In this document: positions 7,346 through 16,149 of the stretch, piece by piece
Position numbering within the stretch: the stretch's first letter is position 1
Layout of the letters: each line of letters starts with the position of its first letter
From: a virus
IMG/VR virus record: IMGVR_UViG_646311906_000001
Coordinates: 1-31,303 of that record
DNA length: 31,303 nt
Reading direction: 5' to 3' (one strand)
The notes under the pieces: generated by a model
What the model saw: the letters and a program-made list of their open reading frames with translations, nothing else
What the model was told of the DNA's origin: nothing
Database searches by the model: none
Position numbers and translations under genes: made by a program

Positions 7346-9535
7346 TTAGTAAATGCCGATTGCATTGAATTTAGCGTTGAGTTTTCTTTCTACAAGCTCA
7401 GCAACTTTATCTGGGTCTTTGACACCCTCAATTTTGATCTCGATCTTTGGAACTTGGATTGTCTTGTGCTCATGCTTAATTTGGTAGTTCGCAGGTTGAT
7501 GAATTACAGTTTGAGTTGAGCTAACGAGCTGTGAAGGTGTTGGCGTTATCCTCGTCAATTCGTGGGTTATTTCAGGTTTAACGACATGGGTTATAGTCTT
7601 TGCAAGGTTAATCCCAACCCCGATAGGTGTTAAACCGAATGTAAATTCTACAACCTTACCAACTGGGCTTTTCGTGATAAATTCCCACGCCTGCTCGATT
7701 TTCGTGATAAACTCGTCGATCTTTGCGATGATCCAGCCGATTGTCCTGTCCCATAATGATTTAATTGCTGTCAAGGCTGAAGAAGTAGCTGATCTCAATT
7801 TGTCAATGTGTGTAACCAAATACACAATTCCTCCAACTGGACCAAGTAGTATATACTTCAGCGGTCCCATCCTATCGATGGCTTGTTGGATCCAATGTAT
7901 CGCCCCACCAATGGATTTAGCAAGCCAATCAAAGCCCTGTCTTAGCCAGTCTATAGCGTTTCCAACAGCTTCAGCTATAGGCTTAAGGAAGGGGTGCTTT
8001 TCCGATAGCCAATCCAAAGCCCGCTTTAGCCAACTGTGCTCCCAACCCTTCACCATGATGTCCTGCAAGATCAGAATCACACTAATTAACGCTCCAATTC
8101 CCGCTATCAGCGGTAACAACGGAACTGATAAACCCATTAAACCTACTTGAGCCGTAAATAGTGCCCTTGCAAAACCGAATATTGCACTTATGCTTGATTT
8201 GAAGCCTTGCACAGCTAAAAGCTTCAAAGCACCTCCCAGCGATAGTGTTTCAGCCGAAGTTTGAAGCTCTACAAGCCCCAATGTTGCTAAATGCCCGATA
8301 AGATCAATCAGTTTAGCCCTAAGTAAAATTGCTCCACCACCAACGAGCATCAACATCGTTGAGAATGCAATTCCAACACCTATTACATTCTGGATTGGCT
8401 CTGGCAATTTCGTGAATGCATCGGCTAAAGCTTCGACAAGTTTGACGAATGGTCTCACCAACGGAACCATTGCTTTACCGATATGTGCCCCAACTATCAT
8501 TAAGCTCGTTTTAAGCTTCTCAAGTTCAATGTGTAAAGTTTGTAAAGCTCTTGAAGCTTCTCTCGCTGCAGAGCCTTGAGAGTGTAGGGCTGTATTCGTA
8601 GCATCCATGACTATGTTCCACTTGTCAAACAAAGCGTATAGCATCGAAACCCTTCCACCTACAGTTATCTCATTGGCAATCGCATGTCGTAACTCGTCGT
8701 TTAGTGAATGCCATCTTTTGGCTAAATCTCTCATAATCTCTGATGCTGATCTGAATTCTCCGTTTGCTTTTTTAACTTGAACTCCAGCCTGCTCAAGTAA
8801 TTCTGCAACATTATCTTCGTAAAGCCGTGAAAACGTATAAGCTAAGAAGTTTCCAGCTTCTCCTGCCTGATAACCTGCTGAATGAAGGGCTGTTGCATAA
8901 CCTATTAGTTCCTCAAATGTAACACCGTATTGGTGAGCTACACCTGCAGCTTCTTGTAAGCTTTGAGCTAACTTAACGGAATCCGTTGCGAAGTTATTTG
9001 AAACCTCGTTTAAAGCATCGACAACCCTAATAGCATCTTCAGCTTTTAAATTAAAACCGTTGAGGATATACGTTAGATATTCCGTTGCCTGCCTTGCATC
9101 CAAGTTTTCAGCCGTAGCCCAAAGTAATGTCGCATTCGTCAGCTTTTCAAGTTCTTCCTCCGTGTTTTTACCCTGCCTCGCCCAGAGTTCCATTACTCCC
9201 AAAATATCTTCAACGGACCTACCGTAATACTTAGCCATAGCTTCAGCCGATCTTTGGATTCTCTCGAAATCTCTGTCAGATGGCATTACTTTCTTCAAAT
9301 TGACAAAAGCTTGCTCGAAATCAGCGAATTGTTTCACAGCTAAACCTATACCTGCTTGTCCAACTGCTCCGACTCCAGCCATGTATTTGCCCAATTCTTC
9401 AAGAGAGTCGTTCATTTGCTTGATTTTCTTAACAGCTTCGTCCGTAGCTTGATTTACTTGTGATAGTTTGCGATAGAAGTCTGAATCGTTGAGTTTGATT
9501 GCGATGTAAATTGCCCTAAGGGCTGTTCCAAGCAT
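7346..9535 (-). CDS. Tail tape measure protein (TP901/PhageMin_Tail-type core)
   Basis: 729 aa, Ala/Leu-rich helical, motifs FADFEQAF, DALNEVSNNFAT, AGEAGN. Position after the chaperone. Confidence 0.92.
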   Translation of the reverse strand: MLGTALRAIYIAIKLNDSDFYRKLSQVNQATDEAVKKIKQMNDSLEELGKYMAGVGAVGQAGIGLAVKQFADFEQAFVNLKKVMPSDRDFERIQRSAEAMAKYYGRSVEDILGVMELWARQGKNTEEELEKLTNATLLWATAENLDARQATEYLTYILNGFNLKAEDAIRVVDALNEVSNNFATDSVKLAQSLQEAAGVAHQYGVTFEELIGYATALHSAGYQAGEAGNFLAYTFSRLYEDNVAELLEQAGVQVKKANGEFRSASEIMRDLAKRWHSLNDELRHAIANEITVGGRVSMLYALFDKWNIVMDATNTALHSQGSAAREASRALQTLHIELEKLKTSLMIVGAHIGKAMVPLVRPFVKLVEALADAFTKLPEPIQNVIGVGIAFSTMLMLVGGGAILLRAKLIDLIGHLATLGLVELQTSAETLSLGGALKLLAVQGFKSSISAIFGFARALFTAQVGLMGLSVPLLPLIAGIGALISVILILQDIMVKGWEHSWLKRALDWLSEKHPFLKPIAEAVGNAIDWLRQGFDWLAKSIGGAIHWIQQAIDRMGPLKYILLGPVGGIVYLVTHIDKLRSATSSALTAIKSLWDRTIGWIIAKIDEFITKIEQAWEFITKSPVGKVVEFTFGLTPIGVGINLAKTITHVVKPEITHELTRITPTPSQLVSSTQTVIHQPANYQIKHEHKTIQVPKIEIKIEGVKDPDKVAELVERKLNAKFNAIGIY

Positions 9536-9553
9536 AGCAAACTATTTCAAGAC

Positions 9554-9564
9554 AGACTTTAAAA
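9554..9564 (-). promoter_or_regulatory. Late promoter motif for the tape measure
   Basis: TTTTAAAGTCT-N18-ATG(9535). Confidence 0.8.
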
Positions 9565-9571
9565 CGAGATC

Positions 9572-10012
9572 ATGAAGTTGTTAGGCAAATTCTTGATAGG
9601 GCTTGTCTTGATTTTTGTGTTGTTAATTTTCGCAGGTGCCGTATTTCAGATCCAACAAGAGAATGAGGTGAAAAATGCGAAAACTGAGCCCTACACCGTC
9701 GTTAATTTTTGGTCGGCTCATCAGCCAACAGCAAAAAGATTTTCTGAAAACATACTAACGAAGACAACGGACCACGATCAGATATTGCTAATTGCCAAAA
9801 AAGAAATTCTACGACTAAAAGACGAATACGATGCTGATATCGTTTGGATAAACATAGGCCCTGAGGTATGGGAAGATAACCCCAAGATCCTAAAAAAAGA
9901 GGCAGCTAAAATTATCTGGTTCAAGTTTGATGCTGAACCGAAGCCGTCAGTTAATGGATACAACTATGTTGGTGCTTTTGCTGGAGGAGATTTATACGTT
10001 TTATGGAGTTAG
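9572..10012 (+). CDS. Membrane-anchored accessory (moron-like) protein
   Basis: N-terminal hydrophobic anchor (FLIGLVLIFVLLIFAGAVF) then a soluble domain. Opposite strand inside the tail cluster. Confidence 0.75.
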   Translation: MKLLGKFLIGLVLIFVLLIFAGAVFQIQQENEVKNAKTEPYTVVNFWSAHQPTAKRFSENILTKTTDHDQILLIAKKEILRLKDEYDADIVWINIGPEVWEDNPKILKKEAAKIIWFKFDAEPKPSVNGYNYVGAFAGGDLYVLWS

Positions 10013-10525
10013 CGGAAAGTAAACAAATATTTTTTATCTTGCGATGCCTGACTAATTTTTTGGTTCTTCAAAGCTTTTGCTTGTTCTTCAGCCAAGATTT
10101 TGAAGTATATCGTCCATTTCAACAGCTTCTCGTGATCCCATTCAAGGATCTCATCTACATCCTTGTGAAGCTGATGAGCGATGTAAAATATGTGAAAATC
10201 ATTCCTTACATCTTTTTCAAGCCGTTCAACCCATTGCGAGTCGAAATAGTTTATTTAAGCCAGATATCTCCATTGCTTTCGCGATTAATTCAGCTTGAAT
10301 TGAAGCATCCATCTCATCCCAAAGCTCGTCAAAGTTTTCCGGCGGTTTTGGATCGACAACAATCGCTTTAATCAACTCTTTCTGGATTGCTTGCACATCG
10401 TTGGGATGTTTGTTCAGAATCTCTCTCAATTCCCTCGCTTTCAAGCTCTTTCTGATCTTGAAAACTTCTCCTGCAATCACAACAGTTTCAACTTCCTCTT
10501 TTGCTTTGAAACGTTCCCAAGTCAT
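10009..10525 (-). CDS. Frameshifted long tail assembly chaperone (gpGT-like, about 171 aa) via a +1 shift at TTT-CGA (10246-10241)
   Basis: The +1 frame is open for 77 codons after the site (DSQWVER...FYIAHQLHKDVDEILEW...FTFR*). The -1 frame closes quickly. Confidence 0.7.
10226..10525 (-). CDS. Tail assembly chaperone (gpG-like)
   Basis: 99 aa, acidic/helical, between tube and tape measure, has its own late promoter. Confidence 0.8.
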   Translation of the reverse strand: MTWERFKAKEEVETVVIAGEVFKIRKSLKARELREILNKHPNDVQAIQKELIKAIVVDPKPPENFDELWDEMDASIQAELIAKAMEISGLNKLFRLAMG

Positions 10526-10543
10526 AAAAAGCCCCTCACAGGC

Positions 10544-10555
10544 AGACTTTAAAAA
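10544..10555 (-). promoter_or_regulatory. Late promoter motif for the chaperone
   Basis: TTTTTAAAGTCT-N18-ATG(10525). Confidence 0.8.
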
Positions 10556-10646
10556 CCCCAGTCAAGCATAAACCCACTTTACGGTGATTCCTCTACTGGC
10601 TTCTTTTTCTTTAGATTCTTTAGAATGATTGTTGCAACTTCCTGAC

Positions 10647-10662
10647 TCGCAAAATTTTGCGA
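10647..10662. repeat. 16-bp perfect palindrome TCGCAAAATTTTGCGA
   Basis: Read directly in the AT-rich intergenic region. Confidence 0.8.
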
Positions 10663-10749
10663 AATATTTGCGTTAAGTTGTAGAAAAAGAAATAGTCGCT
10701 ACTGAAAAAATTAATGCTACTGATGTGTTTTAAAAATAAAGATAAAAAA

Positions 10750-11052
10750 TTATTCGAGTGATTTTTCAGATTCTGTGATCTTCTTGAGTCTTTTTACATG
10801 GGAATTCATCCATTCTGCTATGGACACAAACTGATTGGGGCTCATTCGCACGTCTACTAGCAATTTTCTGACCACTTTACCAACTCTCATTTTTCCAGGG
10901 ACTTTCTCATCCATTTCTGGTTCTAATAGATCCACATAGAAAATCATTCGCCCTTCTATCGGATCTACTCCTCCAAACACCCCATTGACGTATATCACTT
11001 TATACTCTGGATCCTTGACAATTTCAATTGGTGGAATCTTACTTTCCTTCAT
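10750..11052 (-). CDS. DUF3467-like protein (start probably ATG 11052)
   Basis: YVNG...VRMSPNQF...WMNSHV pattern resembles DUF3467. GGTGG RBS, overlaps the wHTH gene end. Confidence 0.55.
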   Translation of the reverse strand: MKESKIPPIEIVKDPEYKVIYVNGVFGGVDPIEGRMIFYVDLLEPEMDEKVPGKMRVGKVVRKLLVDVRMSPNQFVSIAEWMNSHVKRLKKITESEKSLE

Positions 11053-11500
11053 AAATACCACCTACTGCAGAATTCATAACCAATTTTTCAATAGTCTGCT
11101 CAGTTTTCGATGAATCGTCGCATTCATAGCTATTCCGCAACGGTGAAATCAGCAATGTCTTTAGAATTTCCTCTTTTGGCATGATTGAGTAATACAGCAC
11201 TTCAAGGAAGTCCTTACCAAACTCTGTTGCTGCGTAGAACGCTCTACCTCTGTAGCCCACATCACATAGATTCTTAGCGAACTTTTTTACTAGACCTGCC
11301 GAGGTCAAGCTCTTAAGTATTCTGTCGAGTTCTTGTGGGTGCGCGCCGAAGATATCCTTAATCTTATTGAAATTCATTTCACCTTCTTTAACTAAAGCTA
11401 TGAATACTGCCCACCTCTTGTCATCAGATAAAGCTTTGACAGCTCCCCTTAGTTCTTCGGGCACCTCCGATGCATACCTCTCAACTACTTCCTCTCTCAT
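11039..11500 (-). CDS. ArsR-like winged-helix transcriptional regulator
   Basis: KALSDDKRWAVFIAL...LDRILKSLTSAGLV...YAATEFG. Confidence 0.8.
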   Translation of the reverse strand: MREEVVERYASEVPEELRGAVKALSDDKRWAVFIALVKEGEMNFNKIKDIFGAHPQELDRILKSLTSAGLVKKFAKNLCDVGYRGRAFYAATEFGKDFLEVLYYSIMPKEEILKTLLISPLRNSYECDDSSKTEQTIEKLVMNSAVGGIYEGK

Positions 11501-11627
11501 AATCTCTCATTTTAAGTCACAATTTCATGATTTATTAAATTTTCTATGTTATGCAAATATATCGTATGGCACACTTTGCTCACGTATCTGTGATTCAACA
11601 ACGAAAGATTAAATTACCCCTTGTGAG

Positions 11628-12233
11628 TTGTTTGAATTAATGGATGATTTCAATAAAAGATATAAATCCAAAGAAGAACGATCGATTCTAAAGTATAAAG
11701 ATAAACTTAAGATAGGAATATTTGGATCTTTCGCGGGTGATAGATTTAAGAAATTGGAGAGCTTAAAAAATTACCTAAAAAAGAAGGGCTATACGAATGT
11801 TAGATTGTCTACTGATTTTGAAAAAGAATTTCCACGAGAACCTGATGAAAGCAAGGTCGAATATAATAGAAGACTAAGCGAGATAATCATAGATTGGTGC
11901 GATGTATACATATTTGTCTTCTTTCGTGAGGAAAAATATCCCGATGACGTGAATCTCAATCAGTCTGCCTCCATGGAACTAGAAAGAGTCTATACTTTGT
12001 ATAAAGACAAATTTAACAATGGAGAAAAATTTCTTATAATATATTCAGAGAAAAAGTGTAGGGATCAAATGCGATCAGTTTTCAAGGGTTTAGCAATAAG
12101 AGAAACTAAAAGTGGTATATGGGAGTGGGAGGAGTTTGAAAATATAGGAGATATATTCGAGAATGCCTCAAGATTTTGTTTTAGGTGCCTTAGGAAAATG
12201 TTTGGAGGATTCAGAGAGGCGGCAACACCTTAA
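11628..12233 (+). CDS. Flavodoxin-fold TIR/nucleoside-deoxyribosyltransferase-like accessory protein
   Basis: beta1 IGIFGSF, CDVYIFVF, NQSASMEL (E117 at the position of the catalytic Glu in TIR/NDT). AT-rich, opposite strand. Confidence 0.5.
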   Translation: MFELMDDFNKRYKSKEERSILKYKDKLKIGIFGSFAGDRFKKLESLKNYLKKKGYTNVRLSTDFEKEFPREPDESKVEYNRRLSEIIIDWCDVYIFVFFREEKYPDDVNLNQSASMELERVYTLYKDKFNNGEKFLIIYSEKKCRDQMRSVFKGLAIRETKSGIWEWEEFENIGDIFENASRFCFRCLRKMFGGFREAATP

Positions 12234-12255
12234 AAATGAAATATAGGAGCTTAAG

Positions 12256-12663
12256 TCACTCCATCTTGAAGCCAGTTCCCCAGAACTTCCATGTCAGCTT
12301 TGGGTTCTCCGCCTCGGGCTTTGCTTCTGGGAAGAAGAAGTAAGTCTGATCCAACGTTATGGAGTTAAAGCCCGTCACGTTCGGATCCTTAGAAGTTATC
12401 ACAACCTGAACTGCTTTCTTTGCCGAAGCGATGTTCATTAGCTGAGCGTTATTCTTGCTCGATGCGAGCAATGTGACCTCTCCCTCGTAGTCGTTATCCT
12501 CCGTGATAGAGACGGCAACGGTCTTTTTAGTCCAATCTTTGACCGGTTTGACATTCTCGGAGTCCTTAGGAGTGAAAGCGAATTCCAGAACCCCCTCAAC
12601 CTCGTTCCCGTCTATAAATATGCTAACATCCTTAATTCTTAACTCAACAGCTCCCTCAGCCAT
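12256..12663 (-). CDS. Tail tube protein
   Basis: 135 aa, beta-rich (GEVTLLASS), directly after the sheath, GAGGTG RBS. Confidence 0.85.
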   Translation of the reverse strand: MAEGAVELRIKDVSIFIDGNEVEGVLEFAFTPKDSENVKPVKDWTKKTVAVSITEDNDYEGEVTLLASSKNNAQLMNIASAKKAVQVVITSKDPNVTGFNSITLDQTYFFFPEAKPEAENPKLTWKFWGTGFKME

Positions 12664-12673
12664 TTACACCACC

Positions 12674-13750
12674 TCAGAGTGTTATAATCAGGTCGAGCGT
12701 TATCTTGCTGATCGCTCCGCTCAGGTAAGCGGTTACCTTGACATTCTTGAGAATTCTTGCCGCTTTGTCAGAATCGCTTATGTCATCGTAGTTAGGCATC
12801 TGTACCTCGTATCCTCTAACGAGATTACCATTCGCATCCACGTAATCCTCTCTCAAGGCTCTTTGAGCCTGAGCAACTCTCAAAACCTTCTCAATAGTTG
12901 CTTTAATCATGCTAAGGCCCTGTGGCGTGTACGGGATCTTGGATCCCATGTTTGCAAGTTTGAGCTTCAGATTGATCAGAGCATTCCTTATCTCCGTCAC
13001 GAGATAAGCTTTCGTTCTTGGAACATCAATCCAACTCCCATCCAGAGATTTGGCAGTAGAGATCACAGCTTTTCCGATTTCAATGATCGTGGCGATGTTA
13101 TTCTGTTCGAGCTGATCAACTTCACTCGCCTTGTAGCCAGCCGCATTGACCCCCTGCACATTGTACCACTCGCAGGGGATCCAAGGCTGGAGCTTACTTA
13201 TGACTCCTGCAATTGCACCGCTGAGTTCTCCAGGAGTTAGATTAGTATCGTCGTGAGCTACTGCGAAGACGTACTCGTTTGCGGTCAGGGCCAAGAAGTT
13301 TGAGGTTACTGTAGCCGCATCTCCTATCGAGGCCAAAACGAGAACCTTATGGTAGGTTCCAGCGTGATTTACGAGTTTTGAAGCGTTAGCATCGCTTGCA
13401 TCGATAGTCGCAACCATTATGTCGTAATCTACTTTTTTGTCCTCCAAATCGGCAAGAACTGTATCGTAGTCCGCAACAGCGTTCCCGGTTCCGTCATCTT
13501 TCATCGCATTAACTGCTTTAACCCTCTGCACTCCTTGAGCGAAGACTTTGGCAGTTGCTTTGGATATCGGGCTGTCGGGGCCGAAGTCAGCCTCAACTTC
13601 GCTTTGTGAGTAATAGGTCTTGACTTGATTGAATAGATCGAGCTTGTTCGGATCCTCACCGATTACAATGACTTCTCCGTAGGTTTCGCTGGGAGCTGCA
13701 AATGTTGCATCCTGTAGGTTGATAGTTATTGCACTCTCAGCCGTTGGCAT
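12674..13750 (-). CDS. Tail sheath protein (DUF3383-like)
   Basis: VEADFGPDSP, WIDVPR, KIPYTPQG, YLSGAI motifs of contractile sheaths. Confidence 0.9.
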   Translation of the reverse strand: MPTAESAITINLQDATFAAPSETYGEVIVIGEDPNKLDLFNQVKTYYSQSEVEADFGPDSPISKATAKVFAQGVQRVKAVNAMKDDGTGNAVADYDTVLADLEDKKVDYDIMVATIDASDANASKLVNHAGTYHKVLVLASIGDAATVTSNFLALTANEYVFAVAHDDTNLTPGELSGAIAGVISKLQPWIPCEWYNVQGVNAAGYKASEVDQLEQNNIATIIEIGKAVISTAKSLDGSWIDVPRTKAYLVTEIRNALINLKLKLANMGSKIPYTPQGLSMIKATIEKVLRVAQAQRALREDYVDANGNLVRGYEVQMPNYDDISDSDKAARILKNVKVTAYLSGAISKITLDLIITL

Positions 13751-13781
13751 TCTTAATCACCTCTCCTAATTTTTCTGCCAT
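13737..13781 (-). CDS. 14-codon upstream ORF (MAEKLGEVIKNANG) overlapping the sheath start
   Basis: ATG sits at exactly the leaderless-start position of the late promoter. Out of frame with the sheath and contains the sheath RBS. Confidence 0.4.
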   Translation of the reverse strand: MAEKLGEVIKNANG

Positions 13782-13799
13782 GAAATGGAGAATTAGACG

Positions 13800-13811
13800 A
13801 GACTTTAAAAA
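13800..13811 (-). promoter_or_regulatory. Late promoter motif for sheath/tube
   Basis: TTTTTAAAGTCT-N18-ATG(13781). Confidence 0.8.
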
Positions 13812-13816
13812 AGAAG

Positions 13817-14335
13817 TTAGGATTGAGTTTCAACCGTAGTTTCGACTTCTTCGATCGTCTTGACTATCTCCTCCCACGAAACGGCAAACTTGCAGACCAC
13901 TTCTATTACTCTCCTGTAGATGTAGTAATCTTCGACGAAATCGAGATTTCGTGGCGGTAGAACCTCGAAAACCGTCACATCCGTCAAAGTCAAATCCTTC
14001 TTCGCCCACAACCATAGATAATTCTGGAGCTGGGCGATACGCCTAACATCGTTGTCATAGACATTCAAATCGAAGCTCTGCCTAATCACCACACCCTTCG
14101 TGTACTCTATATCCCCGTCCAGATTCAGGCCGATCTTGAGTATCTCGTTAAGAGGCGTGTTGGTCCTATCGATAACCGGTTCGAGAAAGTTGATCACAAC
14201 AAATGGAAATCGTGGCTTTTCTTTTTGAAAGACTTGATTTGCCCGATAAACTTCAATGGTTACCGCTTGACCTTCATATTCAAAGCTCTTCGGGATCTTT
14301 CCGTAGAGTTCATCCCAAATTAGCGCTTCGAGCAT
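13817..14335 (-). CDS. Tail completion/terminator protein
   Basis: Position before the sheath, beta-rich (QSFDLNVY). Confidence 0.7.
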   Translation of the reverse strand: MLEALIWDELYGKIPKSFEYEGQAVTIEVYRANQVFQKEKPRFPFVVINFLEPVIDRTNTPLNEILKIGLNLDGDIEYTKGVVIRQSFDLNVYDNDVRRIAQLQNYLWLWAKKDLTLTDVTVFEVLPPRNLDFVEDYYIYRRVIEVVCKFAVSWEEIVKTIEEVETTVETQS

Positions 14336-14344
14336 GGTCCCACC

Positions 14345-14848
14345 TTAAAGCTTAACGACAAACCTCTCAACAACCGCTTTGATGCCCCCGTCGATCAACC
14401 TCTCGATCTCTTCTTTGTTTTTATCGAAACCCAGCCTTAGAAATGATCTTTGCGAGATTGTGATGTGTTCCGTGTCTTTTCTCAGATGCAGCCCTTGAGC
14501 GTGCAAGAATTTTCTCATCTTCTCGGTAACTTTTATCTTGCAGCCGAACTCGTGGACCGATGCTATTAGAGCCTCTTCTCCAAAAACGCCAACCTTAACC
14601 GTATTCCCCTCAACCTTATGAGTAATCGAGTTTCTCAGCTTACCCGTGTCAATCAACGGCTTTTCAGACTTCTTCCGCTGGATTGTGAACGGATGCAATT
14701 TAGGCCATTCCGATGGAGTTTCAGTTATGAGTTCCTTGATCTTACCTTCAAGGATGGATCCCGCTAACCTCAAGATTCTCTCTTTCTCTTTAGGAAGGGC
14801 GTTAAGCAGTCGTGGGATGTTATTTCTGTCGTGAATTTCAACCGTCAT
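14345..14848 (-). CDS. Virion morphogenesis/neck protein (Mu gpG/HK97 gp10-like); start probably ATG 14848
   Basis: PLIDTGKLRNSI, A.VHEFG, QRSFLR motifs. GGTGA RBS. Confidence 0.85.
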   Translation of the reverse strand: MTVEIHDRNNIPRLLNALPKEKERILRLAGSILEGKIKELITETPSEWPKLHPFTIQRKKSEKPLIDTGKLRNSITHKVEGNTVKVGVFGEEALIASVHEFGCKIKVTEKMRKFLHAQGLHLRKDTEHITISQRSFLRLGFDKNKEEIERLIDGGIKAVVERFVVKL

Positions 14849-15179
14849 GCTCTTCACCGAGAATAGCGACCTTATATCCGTTGATTCCTACAGCTGTGTG
14901 ATTCTCGAAGGTCTTTATATGGTACCTCTTGCCGTCGATCTCCACCATATCTCCAACATCGATGCTCTCATCGGGCCTGAAGTAAGCCTTAAGCTGGACC
15001 TTGGCGTATCCCAAATCTCTCCAATAGGTTAGCTCCTCTTTGCTGAGGGACTGGACAATCGCTTTTGTTTGAATTGGATCGGATTCTGTCCTCTGAATTA
15101 TGCCGTTGTTGTTTACCTCCTGTATTTTGATTATTTGAACGGGATATCCACGTTTTTCAAGAATATGCTCAAAGCTCAT
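14838..15179 (-). CDS. Head-closure (stopper) protein
   Basis: IDVGDMVEIDGKRYHI motif of SPP1 gp16-like proteins. Confidence 0.7.
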   Translation of the reverse strand: MSFEHILEKRGYPVQIIKIQEVNNNGIIQRTESDPIQTKAIVQSLSKEELTYWRDLGYAKVQLKAYFRPDESIDVGDMVEIDGKRYHIKTFENHTAVGINGYKVAILGEEHDG

Positions 15180-15397
15180 AGTATCATCCTCACAGCTAAA
15201 GCTGTTGCTCCCAAACCGAACAGATACTCGACAATATCGCCGAGAAAGTTTGCAGGCTTTTCTTTGCCAGCCTTGTAAATGTGCTCAACGATTTCGTAGA
15301 AAATGAAGATTACGAAAACTATCGGCATGAAGAAGCTTACCGCTCCAGCAACAGTATGTCCAAAGCTCCTCTTATCGTCAAAAACTTCAACCTTCAC
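15176..15397 (-). CDS. Small membrane protein with D..S..H...G / YE..E / N..GD residues
   Basis: Hydrophobic segments, GTGA/ATGA coupling to both neighbours. Confidence 0.7.
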   Translation of the reverse strand: MKVEVFDDKRSFGHTVAGAVSFFMPIVFVIFIFYEIVEHIYKAGKEKPANFLGDIVEYLFGLGATALAVRMIL

Positions 15398-15591
15398 GTT
15401 TTATCCCCTCCTGCAGCTCTCGATGCAAAGTAAAAGCCCAGCACGAGCATCACGATGTCTTTGTCGATCGTACCAGTCTTGATGAAATAGCCAAAAACGA
15501 TAGTTAATGCTATGATAGCTCTAATGCTCCCTCGTGGCATCCATAACGGCGCATTTCTACGTAATAGCTCGAATCTTCCTCTTTCACTCAT
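15394..15591 (-). CDS. Small two-TM holin-like protein (65 aa; start revised to ATG 15591)
   Basis: WMPRGSIRAIIAL then two short TM segments. The late promoter places the start at 15591. Confidence 0.7.
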   Translation of the reverse strand: MSERGRFELLRRNAPLWMPRGSIRAIIALTIVFGYFIKTGTIDKDIVMLVLGFYFASRAAGGDKT

Positions 15592-15609
15592 AATCGCATA
15601 CGCCAAAAC

Positions 15610-15620
15610 GGACTTTAAAA
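15610..15620 (-). promoter_or_regulatory. Late promoter motif for the membrane-protein/neck operon
   Basis: TTTTAAAGTCC-N18-ATG(15591). Confidence 0.75.
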
Positions 15621-15640
15621 GTGGCCGGCTCAAAATTAGT

Positions 15641-15658
15641 GGCCCACAAGTGTGGGTC
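15641..15658 (-). terminator. Short hairpin after the double-wHTH gene (possible terminator)
   Basis: GGCCCAC-AAGT-GTGGGTC, followed on the minus strand by ACTAATTTT. Confidence 0.35.
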
Positions 15659-15663
15659 AGAAA

Positions 15664-16149
15664 TTAGATCAGCGATGTGGTGAACATTCGAAGTTTGCCA
15701 CACCTTATCTCGAATATCATCTGGTCCTCCAGAAGTTTGTTAATGTATTTCATAGTCGTTCTCCAGTTCCAGTTCATCGCATCCTTGACCTGCCTGATTG
15801 TTACAACCTTGTTATCCCGGATAAACCTCAGCACCTTCATCACATTTTCTTCACGAATTTCCAGCAGGCCCTCTGGACGTCCCCGTATCTTCAACTTGGC
15901 CCCGATCTCATCCAAGAATTCTTCGATCTCCTCTTGAGTATACTTCAGCTCAGTCGGAACGATGAGCGTTCTCCTCCCGAATCTGAAAACAGCGATTAAT
16001 CCATCCCGTTCAAGAGCCCTAAGTCTTTGAGGCAGGTTGGAACTCCCCTTCAAATTCTCCAAACCGAAGTACTCTTTCAAAGATTTGTAGGTTGCACAAC
16101 CGAGCTTATGAATAGCTTCCAAAACCTCCTCCTGTGTTGGCAATGCCAA
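15664..16149 (-). CDS. Tandem winged-helix DNA-binding protein
   Basis: Two wHTH units (LPQRLRALERDGLI; TTMKYINKLLEDQMI). TTG start with GAAGGTG RBS. Confidence 0.75.
   Translation of the reverse strand: MALPTQEEVLEAIHKLGCATYKSLKEYFGLENLKGSSNLPQRLRALERDGLIAVFRFGRRTLIVPTELKYTQEEIEEFLDEIGAKLKIRGRPEGLLEIREENVMKVLRFIRDNKVVTIRQVKDAMNWNWRTTMKYINKLLEDQMIFEIRCGKLRMFTTSLI

Noticed and set aside
10580-10730. Minus-strand open frame (SVALIFSVATISFLQ...KKKKPVEESP*)
   Set aside because: No start codon. It may be a gene remnant or chance in AT-rich DNA.
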